A program made the position numbers and the translations under genes. A DNA stretch of 64,000 nucleotides, taken from contig CM000152.2 of assembly GCA_000004695.1 (NCBI GenBank), forward strand, positions 1,088,001 to 1,152,000, read 5' to 3'. Shown here piece after piece: positions 1 to 11,636 of this stretch. The notes beneath the pieces were generated by a model, which was given only the letters and a program-made list of their open reading frames with translations, made no database searches and was not told the origin of the DNA. The stretch's first letter is position 1. Each line of letters begins with the position of its first letter. Origin of the DNA: Dictyostelium discoideum. Lineage: Eukaryota.

Positions 1-616
1 TTGTTATCCTCTAAACAATGTTTAACTAAATCTAAACATTCCTCTGGTTTACAACCACTCTTTGATTCTTCGCCACTTGTATTAACTTGAATCATAATAT
101 TTAATTTTTTATTATTATTATTGTTATTGTTATTATTATTTTCTTCATTATTTAATAATGATTTCGCTAATTTATCTAAAATCTTTTTATTTTCAACAGT
201 TTCAACAACATATAAATTCTTTACTGATGTTAATATTTTTGATTTATTTGATTGAATACTTCCAATGAAATGCCATTTAATTTCATTTAATTCTGATAAT
301 TCTTCAGATTTTGAAACTAATTCTTGAATCTATTTTTTAAAATATATGTATGTATGTATGTATGAGGTGTTAAAATTAAAAAAAAGGAAAGGTTTTATGT
401 AGAGTGTAATTACATAATTAAAATACATACATAATTTTCACCAAAATGTCTATGACCTTTATCATATAATATTCTAATCATTTCAGTTGGTTTTGTTTTA
501 CTTACTGCAACTAATTTAACATTATGTCTATCAAATTTATTTGAGATAATTTCTACTCTATCCTTTATATTCTTGTAGCTTGAGATTAATTCTTTAACAT
601 CATTTTCATCCATCAT
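1..616 (-). CDS. Pyridoxal-phosphate homeostasis protein (YggS/PLPHP/PROSC family); partial. Exon 1 431..616 (ATG at 616), intron 330..430, exon 2 1..329 (runs off the window start).
   Basis: The minus-strand translation [30 protein letters not shown]|[41 protein letters not shown] reproduces the conserved [16 protein letters not shown], WHFIGxLQSNK and QVNTSGExSKSG blocks of the YggS/PLPHP family. The intron is 101 nt, GT(atgt)..(t)AG, and almost pure A/T. The ORF-track Met at 796 is rejected as 5' leader: upstream of 616 the reading is (ACA)n/TNTNTN low complexity. Confidence 0.8.
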
Positions 617-1248
617 TTTAAATTCAATTCTCTTTTTGTTTGTATTTGTATTTGTATTTGTATTTGTGTTTGAAAAATATAATTTAGAAGTTTGTTTTGT
701 TTCAAAAAATAATAATTTTTTGGTTGTATTCAAAGTAATATTATTATTTCGAAAAATAAAAAGCATACTGTGGGATGCAGGGGTATGTTCGAACAAAAAA
801 AAAAAAATAAAAAAAAATAAAAAAAAAATATAAAAAAAATAAAAAAATAAAAAAAAAAAATAAAAAAAAAATAAATTAGAATAAAATAATTTTTAATTAT
901 TCCTATTTTAATTTTTAAAAAATATCTATAAAAATCCTTTTATTTAAGATTTTATTCGTTTAAAAAAAAAAAATAATAAATAAAAAAATAAAAAAAATTA
1001 AAAAAATCAAATGAAAAAGGGTTTTTATTTTTTAATAAATAAGAGAATAAAAAATTTTTTGAAATTTTAATTATAATTGGGAAAATGTTTGAATAAATAA
1101 AGAATTGATTTTTAATTTATTATAAACCTTTTTTTTATTTTTTTTTTTTTTTATTTTTTTTTTATTTTTTCATTTTTTTTTTTTTTAAAATTTTTTTTTT
1201 ATTTTTATTTTATAACTATCATCACAAACTATCTATACATTAAAAAAA

Positions 1249-2205
1249 ATGTATGGGTTACCAAAGAATGCAAATAATCATAATAGTGGAATAGGTTTAC
1301 CACCACCAGTTATAAGTGAAATGATAATTAAATTATCAAATAAAGCGATGGAGAAATATAATGGTATTATTGGTAAAACCTATTCAATTGAAGAAGTTTC
1401 AAAACATAATAAAAAAGATGATTGTTGGATAATTGTTAATAATAAAGTTTACGATATGACTGAATATCTATTATATCATCCTGGTGGACCAAATTTATTA
1501 TTTAAATGCGCAGGTAGAGATGCTACTGATGATTTCGAAGGAATGTTTCATTCAAGAAATGCAAAAGCAATTTTGGAAAGATTTTATATTGGTAAAGCCT
1601 CATCATCATCATCGTCGTCAATTAGTTTATTATCACCAAACTATAAACCACCACCATCCTTCTCCTCTTCATCATCATCATCTTCTTCTTCTTCATTAAA
1701 ACCATTTTTAGTTCCATCATCATCATCAAATACAGTAACATTATCAACAGTAACAACACCAAAGAATAGAAATAAAATTATAGTATCAAAAGTTAAAATT
1801 AATAAAAAAACCAAATCAACTGGAAATACATATCATTATTTTATAGAAATACCTGAAGAACATAAGAATTTAGAATGGATATCACCATTATCTCATGTAT
1901 CATTAGCAAAGTTTAATAATGAAGATACTACAAATTTTAACAATCATGATAATATTACATTTAAAAGTTATACACCAGTAAAATTAAGCCAAGATAAGAA
2001 ATATTTAGAATTTTTAATTAAAGGTTATGAAAATGGTGATGTTTCAAAACATATTCATCAATTGAAAGAAGGTGATCATCTTTTATTAAAAGGTCCAATT
2101 CAAACAGCTGATAATTTTGATTTTAAAAAACAAGAAAACTATTTATTAATGATTGCTGGTGGTACTGGTATAACTCCAATGATTCAAATAATTTTAGAAT
2201 CATTT

Positions 2206-2295
<90 letters not shown>

Positions 2296-2634
2296 TTAAA
2301 ATTTATTTTAATTTATTCTTCAAATAATGAAAATGATATAATTTATAAGAATGAATTAGATGAAATATTAAAACAATTTAAAGATAGATTATTTATACAT
2401 TATGTAATAACAAAACCATGTAATAATAATAATGAAGAATCATTTAAAAAGGGTAGAATTAATCAAGATATGATTTTAACTTGTTTAGAGCCAATAATTA
2501 TTAAATTAATACCAAAGATGATTACAGATTCAATGGAAACTTTAGTTTGTGGTCCAATAGATTTTAATCAGTCAATTTCAAAAGAACTTTTAAAAATTGG
2601 TTTTAAAGATAATCAAATTCATATATTACAATAA
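1249..2634 (+). CDS. Cytochrome b5 domain fused to an FAD/NAD(P)H-binding oxidoreductase domain (cytochrome-b5-reductase-like / NCB5OR-like); single exon, 461 aa.
   Basis: The cytochrome b5 heme-binding signature is present (EEVSKHN..WIIVNNKVYDMTEYLLYHPGGPNLLFKCAGRDATDDFEGMFHS). The ferredoxin-reductase-type motifs are present: FKSYTPV (RxYTP-like FAD motif), GDVSKHI (GxxS) and LLMIAGGTGITPMIQII (NAD-binding GGTGITP). A 30-residue poly-Asn run (the (AAT)n tract at about 2209-2295) sits immediately after the GGTGITP motif, inside the catalytic domain. Confidence 0.8.
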
Positions 2635-2968
2635 AATAAATAAAACTAATCAAAAAAATATAAAATATACCTTTCTTCTTTTTTACATAATAAAAAAAAA
2701 AAAAAATTTTTTTTTTTTAGTGCCAGATTGCCTTTTTATTCCCCAATCGAATTTTATATGAATCGACCAAATCTTACTTTTCACTGATCTTTTTTTATTT
2801 TTTTTTTTTTTTAGCATTTGTTCTTTTTTTAATTTTATTTTTTTTTTATTTTTATTTTTATTTTTTTTTTAATTTTTTTTTGTAATTAATTTTTTTTTTT
2901 TTTTTTTTTTTTCAAAAGAAAAACGTTGTGTTAAATTGTAACCATCACAGCTAACCTAAATAATAATA

Positions 2969-3040
<72 letters not shown>

Positions 3041-3190
3041 ATAATAAATTATTTTATTTATTTATTTTTTATTTTGAAGATCTTTATGTACACATATAAT
3101 AAATAAATAAAAAATAAATAAAAAAATAAATAAATAAAAAACGATAAGGAGAAAAGAAAATACAGTAATAACAAAAAAAAAAAGAACACC

Positions 3191-4112
3191 ATGAAATTTA
3201 AAATAAATAAAACTATAATCTTATCAATTATAGTTTTAATTTCATTTATTGTTAATAATGCAAATAGTCAATATGCCTCTGGTATGTGTATTTTAATAAT
3301 TTAAGGGAAAAAAAATAAAAATAAAAATAAAAATAAACATATCACCATTTAGAATAAATATAATAATAACAAATATTTTATTATTATATTTATATTTATT
3401 TATTTATTTATTTTGTTATTTATTTTATTTTTTTATTTTTAATCTAGATCCATGTTCAAGTATTCATACAGATCCATCAGGATTTATTTCAACAGTAAGA
3501 TCAATACCTCAAACTTGTTGGAAGATTATACCACCAGCAGGTATAGCTTATTTAATAAATGATATTACAGTTACTTTTATAAATGCAACCATTCCAGTTA
3601 ATAATACAATTAAATTCATTGGTGGTTCAAATATTTTAACAGATAATCCAATAGTTACCTTTGAAAAGGGTACATACAATCAAATTTTTAATGAAACCTC
3701 AACTGATAAAGGTGTATTTGTTATATTTTTAGATGGTAGTAATGCAAATGATACTGCTTCATTCACTGTTTTTTATACTTCTTCATCAGGTAAATTCAAA
3801 TATAATATTAAATAATAACAATTATAAAAAATATTAATATAAATTATTTAAATTTTATATATAATTCTATATAATATATATTTTATATATTATATATAAT
3901 TAGATAGACATTTAAAACCTTCAGTAGTAGGTTTATTATCAGTTGCAGTTGCATTTGCTGTACCACTTGTAGTGTTTACTCTTGCAAGATGTTTAATTCC
4001 AAATTCTGCAAGTAAAGCAAAAGCTTTATCTGTAAAGAAAGCAATATTTTGGTGTAGTTTCATTTTAGGACTTGTATTTTTGGCAATGATATTAAGTAGA
4101 AAAGTCGTTTAA
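3191..4112 (+). CDS. Small secreted/type-I membrane glycoprotein, 3 exons (3191..3281, 3448..3789, 3904..4112), 213 aa. Not in the ORF track.
   Basis: ATG at 3191 encodes a signal peptide (MKFKINKTIILSIIVLISFIVNNANSQYAS). Exon 1 ends at a G|gtatgtg donor. Exon 2 is entered at tag|AT (phase 1) and reads DPCSSIHTD..IPQTCWKII..NATIPVNNTIKF..NETSTDKGVFVIFLDGSNANDTASFTVFYTSSS with several N-x-S/T sequons. After G|gtaaat..tag|AT, exon 3 reads DRHLKPSVVGLLSVAVAFAVPLVVFTLARCLIPNSA..IFWCSFILGLVFLAMILSRKVV*, which contains transmembrane segment(s). Frames are continuous across both short A/T-rich introns. There is no recognisable family homology. Confidence 0.55.
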
Positions 4113-4875
4113 AATTATAATTGGATCGTGTGTAATATAGGTTTAAAGAGTAAAACTAAATAAACTAAATACCAATATACTGTATATTAAAAAACATAAA
4201 AAAAATATATATATATATATTTAAAAAATTATCCACTTATAGTTAAATTTTCTTTTTTTTTTTTTTTTAAACAATCCTTTATTGATAAGTATCGGTATTT
4301 TTAAAACCAATTATATATATATTTTTAAAATAAAGATAAAAAAAAAAAAAGAATAAAAAAAAAAAAAAGTTCACAATGTTTTTTGTTTATATAATATAGA
4401 ATTAATTATTTATATACAAGTTGTACAATTTTATTGATTTTTTTTTTTTTTTTTTTTTTAAGAAGAGGTTTTTAAATTTATTGTTATATGTTACTGCATC
4501 GTTTCGTTATTATAATTTGATGATTACGTTTATTTTTTTTTTGTTGTTTTTTTTTTTTTTTTTTTTTTTGCAACTATCTACCATTAATTTCTTTTCTTTC
4601 TTTTCATTCTATTATTATTATAATTTTCTTTATTTCTTATTTCTTTCTTAATTCGTTTGTTTTCTTTCCACCATACCATTATTTTTTTAAGGGAAGGGAA
4701 GGTGGAAGGAAGTATTATAAGAAGGGAAGGTGGAAGGAAGAGGAATTATAACAAAAAAGGATTTTCAAGAACGAGAGGAGATTAAAGAATAAATGATTGC
4801 ATATGTTATTAAAAGGAAAAATATAAAGAAAAAGTATTTATATATTTTCGTAAAGATATCCATTTTCTAAAAAGT

Positions 4876-4988
4876 TTATGTTAAGATAACCTTTCTATGT
4901 TTGGATGCTTCAGCTTCATCCAAATCTCTTTGATAAGCGAATGCATACCAACCCATAGCAACAACGGTGAATGCCTAATTATAAATTG

Positions 4989-5028
<40 letters not shown>

Positions 5029-5321
5029 TGTATTATTTTTGTGTAATTTTATAATTAAAATAAACTTACTTGAGCCCAAATTCTTCCTTTTAATAAACGA
5101 TTTGTAGTGAGTTGACTACCACCTTTTGAATGGTTATAAATACCGGCTGTTAAGGCAACAATAGTGGCAGCCAAACCACCAACTAAGACGTAATCTCTTT
5201 TAACACCATCAGCAATAGTCTTTGGTGGTGGTGGAATTGTAAACTTTTTAGATAAAGTTGCAAAAGCGGATTGTGGTTGAGTTTGAGTTGATGCAGGTGT
5301 ATTATTAATTTCTTCAGTCAT
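4876..5321 (-). CDS. HIG1 (hypoxia-induced gene 1) domain family protein, 2 exons (5070..5321, 4876..4974), 116 aa.
   Basis: Exon 1 reads MTEEINNTPASTQTQ..KRDYVLVGGLAATIVALTAGIYNHSKGGSQLTTNRLLKGRIWAQ. Exon 2 reads AFTVVAMGWYAFAYQRDLDEAEASKHRKVILT*. The splice CAA|gtaagttt..(poly-A)..ag|GCA is in phase 0. The hydrophobic hairpin followed by RxxAQ(G)xTV(x)A matches the HIG_1_N domain. The track ORF (5055..5321) reads through the donor into the intron. Confidence 0.7.
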
Positions 5322-5948
5322 TTTTTTTTTTTTAATATATTGTAATGAAAAAAAAAAACTGATATATATATATTTAATTAATTATTTTATTTTATTTATT
5401 TGTTTGTTTTAATATGTTTAAATATTTTATTTGTGTAAAATATCTTGTTATTTAAGTTTATTTTAAAAATGAAAAAAAAAAAAAAAAAAAATTTCTTTTA
5501 TATTTTTTTTTTTTTGTTTTAATTTTAATTTTTTTTAATTTTTCTTTTTTTTTTTTTTTTTTTTTTGTTTTAATTTTTATTATTTTTTAATTTTTTTTTT
5601 TTAATATTGACACGCAAAAAAATCGTATTGAGACAAAAACATGAAAATTCGCCAAAATTCATTTTTACTGTACAGGCAATAAATAAAAAAAAAGAAAAAA
5701 AAACGATATCAAAATGAAAAAATATTTTAAATTAATGCAACACTATACTAAAAAAATCGAAAAGAACATAACCATAGATCCACAGCATTCTAAAAGAAAT
5801 AATAACCGAATGAAAGTTATATAACCACTATTTTTTATTTGTTTTTAATTTTAAATCAATAAAAAAAAAACAAAATAAAAAAATAACCATTTTATGAAAA
5901 TTTTTTAATGAAAATTCAGATTTGCTAATTAATTAATTAGTTTTAAAC

Positions 5949-6005
<57 letters not shown>

Positions 6006-6316
6006 ATCATTATATGAAAGTATTTTCAGATTGAATTAAACATAGTCTTAATATTTTTAATGATAATTATTTTATTATTATAATATCTTTAAATTTTTAC
6101 TTATTTTTTATTTTTTTTTATTTTTTTTTATTTTAATTAAATTTTTAATTATTTTTTTTATTTTTTTTTATTTTAATTAAATTTTTAATTTAAAAAAAAA
6201 AAATTCTCTTTTTTTTTTTTTTTTTTTTAAAAAATTTAAAACAATATATAAATTACCAAAACAATAATAAAATAACAATAATAAAATAAAAATAAATAAA
6301 TAAAATAAATAAAAAA

Positions 6317-7126
6317 ATGATTAAATCATTAAGAATTGGATTATTAAAATGTGATTCGTTTATACCAGATATTAAAAATAAATTTGGAGACATTGATAGT
6401 CAATTTAAGAATTTATTAAATAGTAATACTAAATCAATGAATATTGATTTATCAGTATTTGAAGTTGCAAATGATCAATTCCCAAGTAAAGAAGATTGTT
6501 TAGATAAACAAAAATTTCAAGGATTTATAATTAGTGGTAGTAAAAGTTCAGTGAATGATGATAAAGATTGGATAAAGAAATTAAAAGAATATATTCAATT
6601 CTTTTCAGAGAATAATGTTAAAACCATTGGTGTTTGTTTTGGACATCAAGCGATTGCAACAGCATTAGGTGGAAAAGTATCATATAATCCAAAAGGTTGG
6701 ACTGTTTCAGATTATAAAATTAATTATATCAATGATTCAAATTTTCATAAAGAAAATCCATTAGTTTTTAATGATATAATTAAACAATCACCACCACAGC
6801 AACAACAACAACAAGAACAACAACCACCTCCATATTTAAATATAATTTGTATAAATAAAGAAATTGTAACAGAAATACCAAAAGATTTTAAAATTTTTGC
6901 AAAAAATGAAAGATCTGATAATCAAGCAATGTATTTTAAAAATCAATTCTATTCTTTTCAAGGTCATCCAGAATATACACCAGAATTAATTAAAGCAACA
7001 ATCTTATCAAGAAGAGGAATTATCCCTGATGAAATTATTGATGATGGTATTAACAGAGCAAATAATTCAAATATTGATAGATCAGCTTTTGCAAATGGAA
7101 TGATTGATTTCTTTATTGAAAAATAA
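6317..7126 (+). CDS. Class-I glutamine amidotransferase-like (GATase1 domain) protein, 269 aa.
   Basis: The motif KTIGVCFGHQAIATALGG (catalytic Cys-Gly-His-Gln nucleophile-elbow context) and the C-terminal GHPEYT (His-Pro-Glu) are typical of the GATase1 family. A (CAA)n-encoded poly-Q insert is present. Confidence 0.6.
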   Translation: MIKSLRIGLLKCDSFIPDIKNKFGDIDSQFKNLLNSNTKSMNIDLSVFEVANDQFPSKEDCLDKQKFQGFIISGSKSSVNDDKDWIKKLKEYIQFFSENNVKTIGVCFGHQAIATALGGKVSYNPKGWTVSDYKINYINDSNFHKENPLVFNDIIKQSPPQQQQQQEQQPPPYLNIICINKEIVTEIPKDFKIFAKNERSDNQAMYFKNQFYSFQGHPEYTPELIKATILSRRGIIPDEIIDDGINRANNSNIDRSAFANGMIDFFIEK

Positions 7127-7237
7127 AAATAAAAAAAAATAAAAAATAAAAAATACTATTTATAAATTATTAAATATTAATTTTTTTACAATTTAAATAT
7201 TCTTTATTTATTTATTTTATTTTATTATTTTTTTATT

Positions 7238-8776
7238 TTATAAATTAATTGGAGTTAATTTTATAAATTTATTTCTATTTAAATTAATTGGTTTTATCAT
7301 TATTGTTGATAATAAAAACCAAAATACAGCAATTGTGAAAGCAATTGTATAACCAAGTACTTTACTTCCAAAGGAATTAATTACTAAACCAGATATGGCT
7401 GGAGCTATAACTTGTGGGAAAATTAAAGCTTGATGCCAAAGACTTAAATCCTTTGCTACATTTTCTTGTGGTAATACATCCAAGGCAAGAGCATAATCTA
7501 CACCCTGATAACAACCATAGCCAACACCAAATAATCCACTAAATAATAACACTAATTTCAATGATGGTATAAATGATAAAACTATGAAACCACAAGTAAT
7601 CAATGTCATAATTGTGCAACTTATATATACCAATAGCTTTCTACCATATTTGTCAGACAAAGGACCACCAATGATTGCACTTGGTATACTTGTTATAATA
7701 ATCAATGAAAGTATTGCAGAGGTGTACAATTCTTTACTAGTTGGATCTATATGAATGATATCGGTTAAATAGTATCCAAAGAATGGTAATATACTATAAA
7801 CACCCATCTCTTGCATAAATCTTGTAATTATCACCCAATAGAAATCTTTATATGTCGAACTTGGTAAATAGAATGAATAGACGAATCGTTTGAATGTGAT
7901 TTTCTCCACATGATTTGGCGATAGCGGTGTCTCATGTATGTGAATTAGTGTGGGGAATACCAACACACCCAAAATTAAAACTAAAAAACTATATGTCGCA
8001 ATGTACGATTTAGTATAATGAATTAGCAATGCCGTGCCAACTACACCAATTAATTGACCAATTGCATTGGAAAACGCTAAATAGCCCGAAGCAACGCCAT
8101 ATTTTGATTTGGGCACTATGTCCGGCATCAGCCCGTTGAATGGCGACGTGCCCCACATTATACCAAACTGAATTCCCATTAGGAACAACATAAACGCATA
8201 TATATTCTTGGTTGTGCCTGTCAGGAAGAGTGATATCATCGCTACGACACTCCCCGACGCAATGAATATTCTCCTCCTTCCAAATCTATTAGTGCAATGA
8301 TCTGACAGAAACCCACTTAAAGGTCCTACTATAATCGATGTGATTGCTCCTAATATTGGTAAAAGTCCAACATATTTCTCTTTATTTTCTTCACCGCCTA
8401 TTGACGCAATTTGGCTCGGCCATACCAATGATATTAGTCCACCCATAATCGCTGATGTTGCTAACCAATAAGATGATAAACATAAATAAAATATTACACC
8501 TTTTATACCTTTAGGTGGTTCTTTAATTCTTTCATTACCTTCACCACCAACACCACCATTTGAAAATATTAAATCTCCATCATCATCGTCATCAAAACTA
8601 TTATCTAATTGTTTAAATTTAAATGGTTTATCTTGAATATTTTCTTCTTCACATCTACCATCATCTTCATATATTAATTCACTATCTATTGAAAATATAT
8701 TATTATTATTGTTATCGTTACTATTTTCTATAATTAATGAAGAATTAGAATTTGCCAATTCATGGTATTTATCCAT
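7238..8776 (-). CDS. Major facilitator superfamily (MFS) transporter, 512 aa.
   Basis: There are 11-12 predicted hydrophobic helices. The MFS loop 2-3 signature is present (GPLSGFLSDHCTNRFGRRRIF), with a second G-x-L-x-D-x-x-G-R-K-like motif at GGPLSDKYGRKLL. The N-terminal tail is acidic and N-rich. Confidence 0.65.
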   Translation of the reverse strand: MDKYHELANSNSSLIIENSNDNNNNNIFSIDSELIYEDDGRCEEENIQDKPFKFKQLDNSFDDDDDGDLIFSNGGVGGEGNERIKEPPKGIKGVIFYLCLSSYWLATSAIMGGLISLVWPSQIASIGGEENKEKYVGLLPILGAITSIIVGPLSGFLSDHCTNRFGRRRIFIASGSVVAMISLFLTGTTKNIYAFMLFLMGIQFGIMWGTSPFNGLMPDIVPKSKYGVASGYLAFSNAIGQLIGVVGTALLIHYTKSYIATYSFLVLILGVLVFPTLIHIHETPLSPNHVEKITFKRFVYSFYLPSSTYKDFYWVIITRFMQEMGVYSILPFFGYYLTDIIHIDPTSKELYTSAILSLIIITSIPSAIIGGPLSDKYGRKLLVYISCTIMTLITCGFIVLSFIPSLKLVLLFSGLFGVGYGCYQGVDYALALDVLPQENVAKDLSLWHQALIFPQVIAPAISGLVINSFGSKVLGYTIAFTIAVFWFLLSTIMIKPINLNRNKFIKLTPINL

Positions 8777-9385
8777 AGTATAGTTTTTTTTTAATTATTA
8801 AATGATTAACCGTTTTTATTCATATAAATATATATATATTATTTTTATGAAATTTTTTATTTTTATAAAAAAAAAAAAATTAACAAAAAAAAAAAAAAAA
8901 AAAAAAAGAATGAAAAAGTTAGTAATAAATTTTTTTTTTTTTTTTAAAAATTTAAAAAAAAAATAATTAAAAAAATAAAAATTTTAAAAATATCTTTTTT
9001 AAAATCTTTTTTTTTTTTTTATTGTTTTTTTTAAAATATATATATAACAATGAATAATTAATTAATTATACAAACATTATTTTGGTATTCAAGATTGAAT
9101 GAAAATATCTTTAAAATTAAATTTTAATGATTTCAGACTTTTCTTTTTTTTTTTTTTTTTTATTGTTTAATTTATTTGAAAACAGTTGCACACTTATTTT
9201 TGATTTTATTTTTTTTTTTTTTGTTTTTTTAATCATTTTTTTTTTTTTTTATTCGGGGTGTGTTTTTTTTTTATTTTTTTTTATTTTCGAATCTGATTAA
9301 ACCAAAAATAAAAATAAAAATAATAAATAATAAATAATAAATAATAAATAATAAATAATAAATAATAAATAATTAATAATTTAAA

Positions 9386-9841
9386 ATGAATAACAAATTT
9401 GTAATATTATTAATTTCAACTATATTAATTATTTCAATTACATTTGTAAAATGTGATGATTTTGATCAATCAAAAAAAGCAGAGTTTAGTTTTTATTGTG
9501 ATACAAATTGTGATAGTGATAATGAAAATCCTGATGTTGTAACCTTGGATGTTGGATCTTGTCAATCTTATAGTGACCATTGTCAAAAGAATCCACAATC
9601 AATCAATATTTTTACAAGTTATAATATTACAACTCAACTCTATACCTTTAATGCATCAAGTCCATCAAATGCTCAATGTACTGGTGGTATTTCAGGTTAT
9701 CCAGATCAAACTGTTTCATGTGATCAATGTTTTACTTTTATGGGTGGTAATAGAGCAACACTTAGATGTAGTGATTCTTCAACCTTATTATCTTCAACTC
9801 TCTTTGTAATTTCACTTGCTCTTTTTGTTTTATTATTTTAA
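9386..9841 (+). CDS. Small cysteine-rich secreted protein, probably GPI-anchored (ponticulin-like architecture), 151 aa.
   Basis: It has an N-terminal signal peptide (MNNKFVILLISTILIISITFVKC), about 12 Cys residues, several N-glycosylation sequons, and a C-terminal small-residue stretch followed by a hydrophobic tail (CSDSSTLLSSTLFVISLALFVLLF) typical of a GPI signal. The family assignment is an inference from architecture only. Confidence 0.4.
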   Translation: MNNKFVILLISTILIISITFVKCDDFDQSKKAEFSFYCDTNCDSDNENPDVVTLDVGSCQSYSDHCQKNPQSINIFTSYNITTQLYTFNASSPSNAQCTGGISGYPDQTVSCDQCFTFMGGNRATLRCSDSSTLLSSTLFVISLALFVLLF

Positions 9842-10299
9842 ATAAAATAAAAAAAAATAATAAATAAAAAAATAGTTTTAATTGTATTTTAATTTAAGAA
9901 TTTAAAATAGATTAATTTTTTTTTTTTTTTCTATTTTCCAATTTCACCAAATTTGACACTTAAATATTCATCTTTTTTTTTTTTTTTTTTTTTAACAATG
10001 ATTTAACTTTATTTATTTTTAATATGATTTTCATTAATATTGTTATTTTTATTTTATTATTATTATTGGTTGGTATATAAATAGAACACCCAAAAATAAA
10101 CAAAATTTATGGAGATAACCTAGGCTTTTTCACATTTTCTTATAATGATAAAAATATATAAAATTTAAAATATTAAAATAAAAAATAGAATTGTGGGATA
10201 CAATCCATTTAAATTCTTTAATTTTCTTATTTTTTTAATAATTTGTTTAGAAATTTTTTTTTTTTTCTTTTTTTTTTCACAATTTTTTTTTTCCTCAAA

Positions 10300-10745
10300 A
10301 CCCATAAAAGGTTTTAATCGTCAATCAATTCCATTTTTAAATGAAAATTAAATATACTTCTGATGGGCATATCAGGACATCGAGTTTAACACCTATTCAG
10401 ACTCCAGAATACAAATTAATTTGAGCGGCAACGTTCATATCAATCTGCACTTTCAAATCGTTAGATGAATGATTGAAAAATCAAACCTCTGATGGTTTAA
10501 AAAAATGCTGAGAAGTAACAGCATTAAAAAAAACATTTAGACCATAGTTGAGAGTCTAAAAATCCAACCAGTTAGTAGCGACTAAAAATCTACAAAACCA
10601 TAAACTCGATCTGATAACTGAAATGTCTTTTTTTTTTTTTTTTTAATAATGCCAATGGCAATGAAAATTGTAATGGTGTTAAATCCCTATTTACAAAAAC
10701 AAAAACAGTAATATATTTACTAAAACCCACTTGAAATAATAGAAT
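10300..10745 (+). repeat. Unit A copy 1 (about 445 bp), direct repeat of 13856..14300.
   Basis: It is near-identical over about 400 bp, from tatacttctgatgggcatatcaggacatcgagtttaacacctattcagactccagaatac to ctgataactgaaatg-T-run-aataatgccaatggcaatgaaaat and then aaaacccacttgaaataa. Only a few substitutions distinguish the two copies. Confidence 0.85.
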
Positions 10746-10799
10746 TAAGAAAAAAAAAAAAAAAAAATTATAACAACAAGCAACTTATTCACGACCAAG

Positions 10800-11150
10800 C
10801 CATGATCGCTTAGAAGGGCTTGTATTAACCCGGTTGGCACGAATAGCCCGGACGGCCCTTAAAAAAAATTTTTAAAAAAAAAAAAGGGCCAGATGGGTTG
10901 GTTTCAAGATTTTTTTTTTTTTTTAAAAAAAAAAAGACTATATGGCTGAACGGTCTATTCGCGCCAACCGGGCTAATGAAAGGTATTTTTTTTTTAAAAA
11001 AAAAATGGACTACATGGGCTGATACAAGGTATTTTATTTTTTTTTTTAAATAAAAAAAAAATGTACTACAAGGGCTGGTCACAAGGTTTTTTTTTTTTTT
11101 TAAAAAAAAATAAATTGACTGCAAAGATTCCAAAGGTTTTTTATAAAATG
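10800..11150. repeat. Array of about six GC-rich 25-50-mers, each followed by a T-run then an A-run (period about 55 bp), with an embedded imperfect inverted repeat (10828..10850 versus 10951..10972).
   Basis: The blocks gggccagatgggttggtttcaagat, tggactacatgggctgatacaaggta, tgtactacaagggctggtcacaaggt and ttgactgcaaagattccaaaggtttt are related, and each is followed by T(10-16) then A(9-12). cccggttggcacgaatagcccg is the reverse complement, with 2 mismatches, of cgggctattcgcgccaaccggg found 100 bp downstream. Confidence 0.7.
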
Positions 11151-11593
11151 GGCAATAAAATAAAAAATCACTTTGCATATTATTTTAAGTTTTGAATTAT
11201 TAATAAATAAATAAATTATTTTACATTCATATTTAGGAGAAAACCAATAAAATAAAAAATAATAAAATGAAATAATAAATAACGATAATTTTTTTTTTTT
11301 TATAGGTAATGTATGGTTAATTTTAAAAAAAAAATAAAATTTAATTAAAGTAATAACTAACAATTTTACATTTATATTTCGGAGTTTAAATCAAAAAAAA
11401 TGAAATTAAATATAATCAAATTAATTATATTAATATAGCACATTTAAAAAAAAAAATAAATAAAAAAAAAAAAAAAAAAAAATAAAATTATTGCTTTATT
11501 TCATTTTTATTATTTTTTATTGAATACTTTTTTTTAAAAATAGATGGTTTTTTTTTTAAAAATATTTAAACCCACGTATATCCTAATAAAACC

Positions 11594-11636
11594 TTTAAAT
11601 AAATAACCGTTTCAAAAAAAGACGGTTATTTATTTA
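11594..11636. repeat. Perfect 16-bp inverted repeat (hairpin) with an 11-nt loop.
   Basis: ttaaataaataaccgt - ttcaaaaaaag - acggttatttatttaa. Confidence 0.8.

Noticed and set aside
616-796. N-terminal extension of the PLPHP ORF to the Met at 796
   Set aside because: The extension is AT-rich (TNTNTN/KK) low complexity. The family alignment begins near [10 protein letters not shown] at 616.
636-833. Plus-strand ORF (65 aa, MFVFVFVF..)
   Set aside because: It is antisense to the PLPHP leader and exon 1, and is composed of (GTATTT)n-derived low complexity with no coding signal.
4691-4745. GGAAGG-type purine-rich duplication (gggaagggaaggtggaaggaag, two copies)
   Set aside because: It is a short simple duplication in the 3' flank of the HIG1 gene with no further structure.
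6101-6190. 40-bp tandem duplication (attttttttta ttttttttta ttttaattaa atttttaatt, two copies)
   Set aside because: It is pure A/T simple sequence in an intergenic region and is uninformative.
10800-11150. CRISPR-like look of regularly spaced GC-rich blocks
   Set aside because: This is a eukaryotic A/T genome. The spacers are pure homopolymer runs and the repeats are imperfect, so it is not a CRISPR array.
10825-11363. Minus-strand ORFs of 117 and 87 aa inside the repeat cluster
   Set aside because: They translate through the T-run/A-run tandem units to give K/F homopolymers and have no domain. They are repeat artefacts.
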